A DNA stretch of 64,000 nt from Octopus bimaculoides (taxonomy: Eukaryota), in contig NC_068986.1 in NCBI RefSeq assembly GCF_001194135.2, positions 41,322,661 through 41,386,660 of the forward strand, written 5' to 3'. The position numbers and the translations under genes are program-made. Positions 13,011-25,083 of this stretch are shown one piece after another. The notes beneath the pieces were generated by a model that did no database searches, was not told where the DNA came from, and saw only the letters and a list, made by a program, of their open reading frames with translations. How positions within the stretch are numbered: position 1 is the first letter of the stretch; each line of letters opens with the position of its first letter.

Positions 13011-13919
13011 TTGTGTGTGTATGTGTGTGTTAACAGACTGGTAGGGTCAGAATATTAACTTGCTTTTGAAGGGCAGAAACAGACATACATAGATAGAATA
13101 AAATTACTTGGAAATTAGTTCAGCAAACAAGATGAAGATAGTCAGAGACTATCCTCAAACTTTTTACATAGAATATTCTATGTTTTATATATTTACATTA
13201 AAGAAATAGAATTTGACTTTACTTTGTGTGTGTCCAATATTATTGTGGACTACTTCTTAGATGTAAAGAGATTTAAGTTTCCTCTTCACACTTTAATGCA
13301 AGCCTTTATGATATTTCTTTATTTTTACTATTTGCTTTTTGATTTTTTTTTTTTTTGTAATGTATTTTCTTCCATTTTAACTGTTAAAATGTGGTAAAAA
13401 CATTTTGACTTGAACAGATGTCTCCATGATTGTAATTTGCCTCTGTATTTCATAAGTGTTAGTCTAGATCAATTCTTTGTGTCCATTTAAAAAAGAGGAC
13501 AATCAGAATTCTAAAAATGTTCCATTAATGTATTTGGAGTTTTTGTTATGAAAATGCCAATTGTTTGTAATACCAACTTGGATTGCAATCTCATAAAGAA
13601 ATAAAGGAAAACATTCTATAGCTGCTGTCGCTATTGCTAGGGAAGAAAAGAGACTTTTTTTCCAGGTAGTATATTCTTGTATTTGTTCCTTAGTGAAGTC
13701 ATTTAATTTACTTTGTCATGAATTTCTGTGATAGGGACTACAACAATGTACATGTATGTTGCTGTGTGTGTATGCGTGTGTGTTAACAGACTGGTAGGAT
13801 CAGAATATTGACTAGTTATTGAAGGACAGAAATATAGACATACATATCAAGGATTAAATGGGTATTGTTTGGAAATTAATTCAGCAAATAAGATGAAGAT
13901 AGTCAGAGACTATCCTCAA
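13011..13919. repeat. Diverged ~150-bp direct repeat pair (13011-13158 and 13763-13919)
   Basis: Both read tgtgtgtg...ttaacagactggtagg(g/a)tcagaatatt...cagcaaa(c/t)aagatgaagatagtcagagactatcctcaa. Confidence 0.85.
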
Positions 13920-15411
13920 TTGTCAATTTTACAGCCAGTTACTTACTATCAAAGTTGGTATGAGTTATACCAACTATTACAAACTACAGGAAAATTCCAA
14001 TCGCATTACTTCGAAATAAATATAGTAAGTGTAAATGGAGAGAAAAACCTTTGGATTATGAAAAATTCTTTAGTTCAATACTTGAATTTCTGAAAGTAAC
14101 TGATATGAGACATAGCAATCTATCCAACTAGAGTTGTTTTTATTTTTTTATTTATTTATTATTTTTTTGAGAGACTTTATCAGATATGCATTTAAGCAAT
14201 ATCAATGAATACAATCTAAAATAATATGCATTTCTATTTATTGAGACAATCTGTTTTTACTGATTGTTAATTCCAATCTAAACAGGAAGAAAAACCTATT
14301 TAACATTAGTTAAATTAGCTTTGGCTAATTTATCTAGAAAACAATTTTAGAAATTTGATTACCTAATCATTTTTTAAAATTATTTTATTCTCCCCCCACA
14401 CACACATACACACACGCACACACGCATGTGTGAGTATGTGTGCATGTTGAAAAAATGCATAATCATACTAGTCTTCTTATTCCAAGGAATTAGATTTATG
14501 TATTGAATGAGATTGCAAAAAGCACAATAGTATCAGCAAAAATTTCCACTATGTTTGATATTAAAGGATCTTTATCTTGAGTTTGTTGTAACATTAGTGT
14601 GGTTGAATAGGTAGGTTCATTGAGTTATAATCCATGGGGTCAAAATCGGCTACAGTGATCTATTATTTTTTTGTACGTGTGAATAATTGATGAGTTGCTA
14701 AGATCATTATCTTGCTATTAAAACAAACATCTCCTTTCATATGCCAGTAAGAAAACAGATTCAATATAGATATATGGAGTATTTATTTGGGGTTTCAACT
14801 CTGGAATGGAATAATGATTTAATTCTATTCCCCTGAACTGCCTTAAACTCTACTCTAGATAATCCTATACAAGTGTTGGGGTGTATGTTATGCCACATTG
14901 GTGTAAGGAAACACAGATCATGCTCCTATACATGTAAGACATCCAGTTGTGAAACTACCTTAAAGAAAATCCAATGGAATTCTACAGAAAATCTTAGTTG
15001 GTTTGTAAGTCAATGCCAATCCAGATTCTTTCCAAACTATTATTATTTAGGTGGATTTATATACGACCAAAAAAATCATGAGATTGTTTAAGATTTCATG
15101 AATATTTTTTTATCTATATTCACAAGGATTCTCCCTATATAATTTGTAAGTCATTGATTTGGTCACTCGCGATACAAATGTAATCTACTGAATAAATGTA
15201 TATATAAATATATAAACAAGATTAAAAGTTGTACATTTATTTGTATGCAACAACTCCGGATTAGAAATTGAAAAATTATAATCTAGTTGAGAGAATTAAA
15301 TCATAATGGAATCTCGTTGACTGACATGCTATTTAATACTGTTTTCATAAAGAATCTAAACCATTATTTATTTATAATTCTTAGATAAATAAATTTTTAC
15401 ACTTGTGTGCT

Positions 15412-15444
<33 letters not shown>

Positions 15445-15448
<4 letters not shown>

Positions 15449-15574
15449 CTTGCATTTAAATGGAGGCGTGTATGCTCACGCGCACACATTATATATATAT
15501 ATATATATATATAATGTGTGTGCGTGAGCATGTGTGCGCGTGAGCATACACGCCTCCATTTAAATGTAAGTCAT
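15445..15574. repeat. Near-perfect palindrome with ~45-bp arms and a (TA)n core
   Basis: atgacttgcatttaaatggaggcgtgtatgctcacgcgcacacat recurs as its reverse complement (one mismatch) ending at 15574. Confidence 0.9.
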
Positions 15575-15974
15575 TGCTATTATGTTAAATTGTCGTATGT
15601 CCAAATTGACCAAATGCAGTTTTTTGAATATTTATTTTTGCTTGCAATAGTCGGTTCTTTTGGTCAAACTACCATATCTCGAGCTGCTTCAGATGCTAAG
15701 ATATCAAAAATAATCAAAGTGTAGTACGATTACCACGGTTTTGCTATGAAATGGTGAGACTATTATTTTGTTTTCTGAAAAAGCAACGTTTTGGACTTAA
15801 AACACTTTTGCATAATAGCAACAAAGTATATTTAAATATATGTAGTTAATTGCAAGCTACCGTGCATATGGTTGGGAACAATATCAGAGGAAGGTTAACA
15901 GGGAAAATAGCTTTTGTATGTGGAAGATGCATAGGTACAATAAATACCGAAAATGTACAGAAAATAGGCTCCAT

Positions 15975-17085
15975 TAACTGCCAGTGGAGCTAGCTGGAGG
16001 TAGTAGATAGCTTCCATTGTCTAAGTGACTAAGTTAGTAGCGGAGGTAGATGCTCCAGAGCATAGCTGTGAAAATAAGATTAGTCAGGGCAAAGTTCAGA
16101 GAGCTCCTACCTCAGCTAGCAGCAAAGGGCCTCTCTCTCAGAGTGGAAGGCAGATTGTAGGATGCCTGTGTGTAAACAACTATGCTAGATGGCAGTGAAA
16201 CATGGCAGCCAAGGACGTGCATAAGCTTGAAAGGAATGGAACCAGTATGCTTCGTTGGATGTGCAATGTCAGTGTGCATGCTCAACAGAGTGTAAACATC
16301 TTGAGATAAAAGTTAGGCATAAGAGGCATCAGATGTGATGACTGTGTAAGAGAGATGACTGTGCTGGTATGGTCATGTGATGTGTATGGATGAGGATATC
16401 TGTGTAAACAAGTGCCGAACTCTGTGTAGGGAAACTGTAGTAGAGGTAGACCCAGGAAGACCTGGGACGAGGTGGTGAAGCATGATCTTTGAACTTTGGG
16501 CCTGACAATGACTGGTGACTGAGACCTTTGGCGATATGCTGTGCTTGAGAAGACTTGTCAAGCCAAGTGAAATCATAGTTCTGGCTGATGCTGGTGTTGC
16601 ATATCTGGCATCTGTGCCGGTGGCATGTAAAAAGTGCCTTTCAAGCATTGGGCCTTATGGAGGCACAGTGGCTGAGCTTCTTTCGGGTGTTGGGCCTTGT
16701 GGAGGCACAGTGGCTGAGCTCTTTGCGAGTGTTGGGCCTTGTGGAGGCACAGTGGCTGAGCTCTTTGCGAGTGTTGGGCCTCACAGAGGCCAAGTGGCTG
16801 AGCTCCTTTTGTGCATTGGGCCTTACGGAGGAAAAAGTGGCTGAGCTCCTTTCGAGCGTTGAGCTTCACAGAGGCAATGACAAAGATCTTTGATTTTATG
16901 TCATGTTTGAGAAGACCCCATCAAACCGAGCAAAATCGCAGTCATGGCTGATACCTACACTCTTGAAGCAGTTAGCATTAGAAGGGACATCCAGCCGTAG
17001 AAACCATGCCAAATCAGATTGGAGTCTGGTGCAGTCTTCTAGCTTGCTAGCCCTGGTCAAACTGTCCAACCTAATGATGATGATG
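15975..17085 (+). mobile_element. 5'-truncated RTE-clade LINE (RT C-terminus, 3' UTR, (ATG)n tail)
   Basis: Decayed translation KFRELLP..KGLSLRVEGRL..ACV..MLDGSETW..KLERNGTSMLRWMCNVSVH..KLGIRGIRC..WYGHVMCMDED..RGRPRKTWDEVVKHDL, typical of the RTE ORF end; finishes atgatgatgatg. Confidence 0.88.
16650..16860 (+). repeat. 42-bp minisatellite, five copies, inside the RTE element
   Basis: Unit gggccttgtggaggcacagtggctgagctctttgcgagtgtt; four 42-bp units and one 43-bp unit. Confidence 0.92.
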
Positions 17086-19694
17086 AATTGCAATTGTGAC
17101 TGTAATAAAAATAATGCCATCAACATTAATGAAAATTACTTTCAAGAGACAAGGGAGAGAATTCATGTGACCAGAAATTAGATTTATTAGTCGGTATTCA
17201 ATTATGTTCTTCACTGGAAAAGATCATAAATGCAAGTATATATTGTGTGTGCGTGTGTGGAAATATCTAAATCTTATTTGTTCATCATCATTGCTTTATA
17301 TCCATTGCTTATGCTGGCATTTGCTTGATGGATTCACCACAGTCTTACTATGAAGTTCCTGCCATCAAAAATAGGTTAGAGAACATGTCTCACTTGTACA
17401 TTCCATTTTTGGCAAGGCTTCTTATGGTTGGATACCCTACCTAATTACCCACTAATTTACGGTGTGCTGGGTACATTTTATCATGACACTAGCACTAGAC
17501 AGCTTTTCTTGTCATCCTTATGTTGTCGCTGTTCATTTGTCCATCACTTTGCAGAGTGTACTGAGTGCATTCTACTGCAACACAATTAAAGAGAACCTTC
17601 TACTCTGTCTCCATTCATTCAAATCAGCATGATTAAGAAGCGGCTGATGAAAGTGAGATAACTAGAATCAGAGAGTGGTATAAGAGAAAGTATAACAAGA
17701 GGAAACAGAAATAGGGGCAAAAGGGTGATAGATGAAGAATTGATGGAAGAGACAGTGTTTGATAGCTACATGCTTGTTGTTAATAATGAGATTGAATAGA
17801 TAGAAAAACAAGATTTAGAGTGATAAGATGGAGACAGGATGATCATGGAATTCTTACCTACTCATTTCCTATTTATCAAGTGTGTCAGTTTCCCTAATGG
17901 TTAAAGAGTTCTGTTTTTCATACTTAAGTAATTACAAATTTTACTTTGAGGTTATTCAATTTGAGGTTTTGCTTCCATGTTCAAAATTTCTTCTCTAAAA
18001 CTTCTACATGAATTAGATCCACAGCATACTGAAGTTTCCGTTCATAGTTGGTCATAACTCCTCTGTTATGATCCAGAAGACTTAAGTGAACAAGACAACC
18101 ATGCCCTGATGGACCCTACCCATTTGTTAAATTTAGCACTGAACATATTGATAATTCATACTTTGATGACTGCACCTCTGTATATGGTGTCTTACATGGC
18201 TCTCATAATCCATTTATCTATTGCTGTTTTCTTTAGCAACCATCACATTACAGAACATGGAACCCAGTCAAATACTTTCTCCATGTTGATGTGTGTTAGA
18301 TATAGTGTTTTACTCTTAGCTAAATACTTTTATAGTTGTCTCACTCGAGAAATAGCATTAACAGTATATCTTTCTAATCTAAAACCAAATTGGGTCTCAT
18401 CCTAAGTCTATTTTTAATCAGTTATGCTGAAGCTCTGCCATTAATTTTTATAATCTGATCCATTAATTTGATGCTTCAAGTTGTTGCTTTTCTGTAGTGC
18501 ATCTCCTCTATTTGCTGACATTAATACCACTATACTAATAATTAGGTATAACGCCTCTCTGTACTATCAGGTTGACTATGTAAATGACTAGCTGATGACA
18601 TGTTTTACTGGATAGATGTTTTAAGCATCTCAATGGTTGTTCCTGATGTTTCAGCTGCCTTCCATGTTTTCATATTCTTAAACTCCCCTTACAAATATAA
18701 TACTGTCAACTTCAATGGCTGGTCCAGTGGCTACCTCTAGGACATCTTCTGTTGGATGTACTTGGAATAGACCTCCTTACATTCTACTCATTTAACGCAT
18801 GTGTGCATGCACATGCATGTACATATATAAAGATTTGCAACTCCTCTACCAGCAGTACTGCATCCAAAGCTAAGTGCCACCTCTGAGCTCCTGTAGAACT
18901 GTGTGAATGTGCATTATCAGGATCATTGTTTTATATAACAAGGAAATTATATCAGAGAGATTTACCTGTTAGAAATAGGTTTTGTTCTACTGCACACATT
19001 AAAAATATCAGTTGAATTTTAATAATGTAAAGGAAAAGCATTTCAACTTTAAAATGTTCTGCATTTAATTCCCTTTTGAGCTGGGGATGGACTGTTAGTA
19101 CAAACTATACAATGAATGTCGGACAGTATGTTTATGGATATGGTTAGGAGTAATTTATGGAATATGTCAGATATAAATATAGGAAATAGAGACACTGATG
19201 ACAGCTCAGGATAACATTACATTTGAACAAAGCTGTCAGGCAAGTGTGAAAAAATATATACTGATGCAGATTTTATTTTGTAATGTATGTTCACTATAAG
19301 AGATAGGTCATGAAAAAAACATTGTGCTAAAATAAGAAAACTTTTTTTTTTAAATATTAGCTTCTGAAAATTAATAGCGTAGGCTAATTATAGCTTTATT
19401 GATAGCAGTTTAATTACCTATTAATATGATGTCCTTCAAAACAACTAATTTGTACTAGAAATAGCTAATATATTTCTTTTTTTCCTTACACATTTAGCTT
19501 AATAAGCAATTTTGTTATATTAGTCTGCTTAAGTAGTTCCTTTAAAAAGGGGCTGTTTAAGGCTTTAATTTGAATGTTATGTTTTACACAGTGTCCATTT
19601 ACTGGCTAGCAATTCATCTGAAGCACTCTTAGGTGGAACTAAAAAGAAAAAGAAAATAGCCATAGTCATAAATAATATATCCAATGCACTGATT

Positions 19695-20000
19695 CATCAT
19701 CATCATCATCGATTAATGTCCGCTTTCCATGCTAGCATGGGTTGGGCGATTTGACTGAGGACTGGTGAAACCGGATGGCTACACCAGGCTCCAATCTGAT
19801 TTGGCAGAGTTTCTACAGCTGGATGCCCTTCCTTATGCCAACCACTCTGAGAGTGTAGTGGGTGCTTTTACGTGCCACCCGCACCACACGAGGCCAGTCA
19901 GGCGGTACTGGCAACAGCCACGCTCAAATGGTGTATTTTATGTGCCACCCACACAAGAGCCAGTCCAGGGGCACTGGCAACGATCTCGCTCGAAAAGTCC
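19695..20000 (-). mobile_element. RTE-tail-related retroposon (SINE or short LINE 3' end), antisense
   Basis: Starts with (cat)n, then near reverse complement of the 40860-41052 copy (tccgctttccatgctagcatgggttgg...cagctggatgcccttcc). Older antisense copies at ~17281-17500, 32035-32160 and 50480-50720. Confidence 0.8.
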
Positions 20001-21086
20001 ATTGAGAATTATATTCAAATGTTGGGGCCAAATATAAACTGAGTTGGCAGCAATTGATTGTTAATTGTGATTCAAGTGATGTTAATACTAATGGTTATGG
20101 TAATGATCAAAAATGACCAAAACCTAACTTATTCTGTCAGTGAATTTAGTTTATGGTTTGTAGATCTAGAAGGATTTTTTTGTTAAATAATTTTTGCTTG
20201 ACCAGTTATCAGTCAAATGTCAATAGCTTTATTAGTTTTTCTACTTCAGGATATAAATAATCAGACATCATTCTAGTCAAATAATTTAATATTTTTCAAA
20301 AGAGAATTATCCAGCTTACCTACTTTCAGCTACAGCAAAGTTTCTTATTACTATTAATAATAATAATGATGCTAGAGAAACAGACTGGGTGTTATATAGT
20401 ATCAAGTCTAATATCTCGTTGTTCAGAGATCAAATCTTGCCAAGGTCAATACAATAAATAAAAGTAATTTTGGGGGCTGAATGAACTATTTTATGCTTTC
20501 CTCTAAAAAAATTAAACCTGAGCTGACAATAATTGTGTAGATAAGTTATCACTGGTCTGGATTTACCAACAAAGTCCAATTGTTGAAACCATTTAACTTT
20601 ATGTCCATTTAAGTATGTCACCACGTGTTAAAGCATAATCATTAACCTTCCTCTTATCTTCTCTCTTGAGCATTTCTGACTTCATATGACTTGTATAAGC
20701 TAAAATTATTGTTGTTAGTTTCTGTTATATTGCTCCAGTATTAAATAACCTATACACTGTGCCAAAATATATAAAAAGTTTGTTAGTCCTTTCAAAGCTT
20801 TGAGAATCTGAGAAATGTCAACAATTACAAATATGTTGCTCTGTATTGGTTGATTTTAACATTTGACATCTCTTAATCTAACTTTACAATCATATCCTTT
20901 CCTCCCAAGGAATCATTTTACTTTTCATATCTCTCTCTTCACGTGATTCTAAGCAGTTTTCACATTGACATAATCATATAACATACGACTCTGTTTGGTT
21001 TCTTGGATGCCTGCTGACATCTCTAACTTGTTTTAAACCTTGATTCTAACAGTTCTGAATCTCTTTCACAGACTTGATTTACATTA

Positions 21087-21248
21087 GGTGCAGGAGTGGC
21101 TGTGTGGTAAGTAGCTTGCTTACCAACCACGTGGTTCCAGGTTCAGTTCCACTGCGTGGCACCTTGGGCAAGTGTCTTCTACTATAGCCTCGGGCCAACC
21201 AAAGCCTTGTGAGTGGATTTGGTAGACGGAAACTGAAAGAAGCCCATC

Positions 21249-21282
<34 letters not shown>

Positions 21283-21416
21283 NNNNNNNNNNNNNNNNNN
21301 NNNNNNNNNNNNNNNNNNNNNNNNNNNNNNNNNNNNNNNNNNNNNNNNNNNNNNNNNNNNNNNNNNNNNNNNNNNNNNNNNNNNNNNNNNNNNNNNNNNN
21401 NNNNNNNNNNNNNNNN

Positions 21417-21451
<35 letters not shown>

Positions 21452-21672
21452 TGATGATGTATATGTTTGTGTGTCGCTGTTTGTCCCCTCAACATCGTTT
21501 GACAACTGATGCTGGTGTTTACGTCCCCATCACTTAGCAGTTCGGCAAGAGAGACCAATAGAATAAGTACTAGGCTTACAAAGAGTAAGCCCTGATGTCA
21601 ATTTGCTTGACTAAAGGCGGTGCTCTAGCATGGCCGCAGTTAAATGACTGAAATAAATAAAAGAAAAAGAAT
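21087..21672 (+). mobile_element. tRNA-derived SINE with internal (TA)n microsatellite (gap N 21283-21416)
   Basis: A-box tggctgtgtggt and B-box ggttcagttcc, then ggcaccttgggcaagtgtcttc, internal (TA)n and tail ggcggtgctctagcatggccgcagt...tgactgaaa plus an A-rich end. Near-identical copy at 57625-58052. Confidence 0.88.
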
Positions 21673-21879
21673 AATACTACTTTCATATCAATTCCTTGTT
21701 ATTATCCAGCAGGAGTGCAGACATCAACATGCATATCCTCTTGCTAATGTCTGGAGGAATTAGCTGGACTCTGTCCCAGTTTTTAAAAAGAAAATAAGTC
21801 ACTTACCAGCTCAGTAAATTACTGTCTGATCTCACTAACTTCTCATTAACATATCTGAGAGGATGGTAAAATCAAAAAT

Positions 21880-23080
21880 AGCTGCCTTTCAAGAGAAAAA
21901 TCTACTTCTTTCTCCCTATTAACATGGATTTTGTGGTAACAGTGACTGCTTAAAACAGCTTTTCCATCACTTTGATATAATCTTAAATTCTCTGGGAGAG
22001 AGTTACAATACAGATGTCATTTATTTTGACATCAGTAAAGCTTTTAACAGTCGATCACTGAATGCGGCTGAAGAAATTATCCAACATTGGAGTCTATATT
22101 AAGCTACTGTTGTGATTGATGGAATTTACTCAAAACCAGCTAAAGTCAATAGTGACGTCCAGCCCCACTCCACCATGTACTGTGTTAGGCCCACTTCTGT
22201 TTATAAAGTTACACAAATGACATTGGATATGCCATCAAAATAGCAAAAAAAGAAATTGTTGCAGATGACTGAGTTCCAGAAAGTCATCAAAGATATATGT
22301 GACTGAACAGAACTCTAATTCAATCTATATGCTGTGATTTGATGGGTGAAAAACAACATACTGCTAAATGAGGAAACATTCAAGCCAATTCACTTTGGGA
22401 AAGGGAACATACTTAAACAGCTGTATTCTTTTCCCTTGGGTGAGCTCCTCAAAGCACCAAAAACAAAAAAAAAACATCAGAGACTTAGTTATAACTGTGG
22501 ACAGCAACCTAAGTTGTGGCACTTACATCAACAATTGACATAGCTTGCAGATTATGCTTATGGATCCCTTGAACTTACTGTTCCAGAGATCCTGAAACCA
22601 TCATTCTTCTTTTCTCTGTTTGTCAAGTCACATGGGAACTGAAACACCCTGGCAATTGATCACAAAAGAAAGTGACATAAGTCTAGACTATTGGGATTGC
22701 TTCAAGATGCTCAAACTTTTTTCTTTTCAATGCCACTGTGAGCACTACATTATTTGTAAAACCTAGAAAATATTCCATCAATGCCTATGCAAATGATCCT
22801 AGCATAAATTTTATTGCAACATAGCAACACAACATTTTTGCCTCAGACAGTCCTGCTTTATTCAACATTATCCCAAAAGAAATTAATAAAGTAAAAGAGC
22901 TCATAACATTCAAATGGTACCTGGACAAATTCCACTAAAAAATACCAGATAAATCACTCACATCAGAGTAAACAACTCTCTGTTTGTGTAGGCTATGATG
23001 TCCTAAAACATTACTTCAAAAACTATCTTAAATGGTGCTATAAGTTAGATATGGCCTGGCTAATAATGACTGAAACCTAA
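21880..23080 (+). mobile_element. Decayed CR1/L2-group LINE, RT and 3' end
   Basis: Frameshifted RT motifs TDVIYFDISKAF, VLGPLLFI..TNDI, ADD, ENNILLNEETFKPIHFGK, IRDLVITVDSNL, and terminal IPKEI..TFKWYLDKF..IPD. Confidence 0.78.
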
Positions 23081-24486
23081 TTTATTGTGTCTGTGGGTTA
23101 GTTTACTATTTATAGACTCTAGAGGGTTTTTTTGTTAAATAATTTCAGCTAGTATAGTTATCATTCAGATGTCAATAACTTCATTAGTTTTTCTTGTCTA
23201 TAACTACCTCAGTATATAAATAAAGAATAGACACCATTCTAGTAAAGTAATTTAATATTTTTTAACACTATTTTCCCTTTTTCATGCACATTAGCCAGAT
23301 TTTTTTATGTACATGTTGAACCTCAATGGAAAAAAACAACTATTAAAAACAGGTTGTTGTTCCACTCGTGATCTTTGATTGAGCAAACTTATAAGCAAAA
23401 AGCATTCCTGTCATAACAATTCCATCTTATTAGAGTATCTAGGTCTACATTACTCAGTGACTCCTCTCTTGTTTAAAATAATAGGGTGTGTTTTTAAAGA
23501 AATCCAGTTGCTATTTCTAGTAGTTTGAATGACCACGTTGGGTCTTTTGCTGGTTTGTAACTGCTTATATTTTCAACAATCAACAAAAGAATATCTTATT
23601 GAAGCAAAATTCTTTAGAAATTTCCAGAGCATCGTAATTCAGTGGCTTATTTGTTTCTTCTTACAAGCAAATATTTCCAATCTTGTTTGTCGTTTTATCA
23701 TCCACCACAGGTTTCCTGAATATTAAGAGAATTTATAATTATATGGTGGCTTCCTACTTCATTTGTGATGTATTCAGTCTATTAACAATTGCCATACAAT
23801 TATCATGCCTGGCATGTATTATGTGGCTTCTTATCACATGTGTTTTTGATCAACATTGTCATTCAAATACCTGGTTAGCATTCCTATGAAGATCAAAGCT
23901 TTTGTCTTATGTATTTAGGAATGTAACTTATCTGGAGTTGTTTTCGTCATTAAAAATTACTAGTTTAAGAAATCTAATTTGGCATTAAAAAAATCCAGTC
24001 TTACAAGCTAAATATTTTAATTGGATACGGGCAGACTTTGATGCAGGTGAATCTATCCTGACTCCTCCCTTACCAAAAACAATTTCTGAAGACTTTTGTG
24101 CTTTTTACTTTCTTTCTCATCTTTGTTGGTCTACTGTTTATTTACAGTAACTTTGTGGATACTCCCTCCTATCTACGGCTCAAGAATTTACCCTTATATG
24201 TATGTCTACACCAGTCCACTTCATTGTTCAGTTGAATTCCCTTTACTGTGAAAACCACTTTCATCTTGAATAAACCAAGAGTTTCTCACCATTCTAGCAT
24301 GTAACTTTTTCTATGTCTTAAATCATGTAGCCTTTTTTTTTAATGTTTATTAGAAATTTAATCATTTCAAATAGTTTCACAATCATATTTTTTTTTAAGA
24401 TTTTCTTATGTTTTGCTTAAGTATATTTCATTAATATTCTTTTAATCCTTCAGCATTCAGATTACTCCAACAAATGCAATGCTTAT

Positions 24487-25083
24487 TTATTACCTCTGCC
24501 AAGGAAGGAGGTTGTTTTCATCGGCATTGGTTTGTCCTTGTGAACGGTATCTGATGAAACTTGCAGGAAAAGTTGGTAATGACACAAGGAACAGATGATG
24601 AAATTTTGGTAGTGATCTGGGGAATTTTTATGGATTCTTGAAGGATTTGTTATATTTACTTTACATGAAGTATTACAATGTTACGTTCTTTGATTATCTC
24701 CCTTGAAAACATGTTCATCGTTTCAATGTAACCTATGGTGGTGTTGTGTTTCCAAAGTTTATTTTTGTTTCTCTATTAGTAATTTTATTCGCGTTAAGTG
24801 TGTATCACTCAAGTTTTAGGTAATTGTCGTTTCTTTTTAGTTGTATGGTGAAACTAACTTGCTGTTGTCATTGATGTATTATAACTGCTTCAGATGATTC
24901 AAATGTTTTTAAAGGGTTTTTTTAAAAAATCATATGGCTGTGTTATTTCTTTAAAACTCCGCCAAGGAGGTTATGTTTTATGCCGGTGTTGGTTTGGGAA
25001 ATTTGGCGATTTTCAGCATGCATGTATATGTGTGGAAATGAGCTGCTTGGTGGAGGTCTGCACTCTCCGAGTGCTTTTCTAGT
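24487..25083 (+). mobile_element. Non-autonomous Helentron/HINE (DINE-1-like) element with a duplicated 5' end
   Basis: 5' ttattacctctgccaagg..aggttgttttc at 24487 and again ctccgccaaggaggttatgtttt at ~24957. 3' end has the complementary subterminal repeat cttggtggagg, the hairpin gcactctccgagtgc and ctagtt. Confidence 0.6.

Noticed and set aside
13622-13665. Alternative small exon candidate in the long intron
   Set aside because: Its 44-nt length does not bridge phase 0 to phase 1 and it encodes no RING residues.
16515-16893. Repetitive ORFs on three frames, and the array's superficial CRISPR-like look
   Set aside because: They come from the 42-bp RTE minisatellite; there are no unique spacers and the DNA is eukaryotic.
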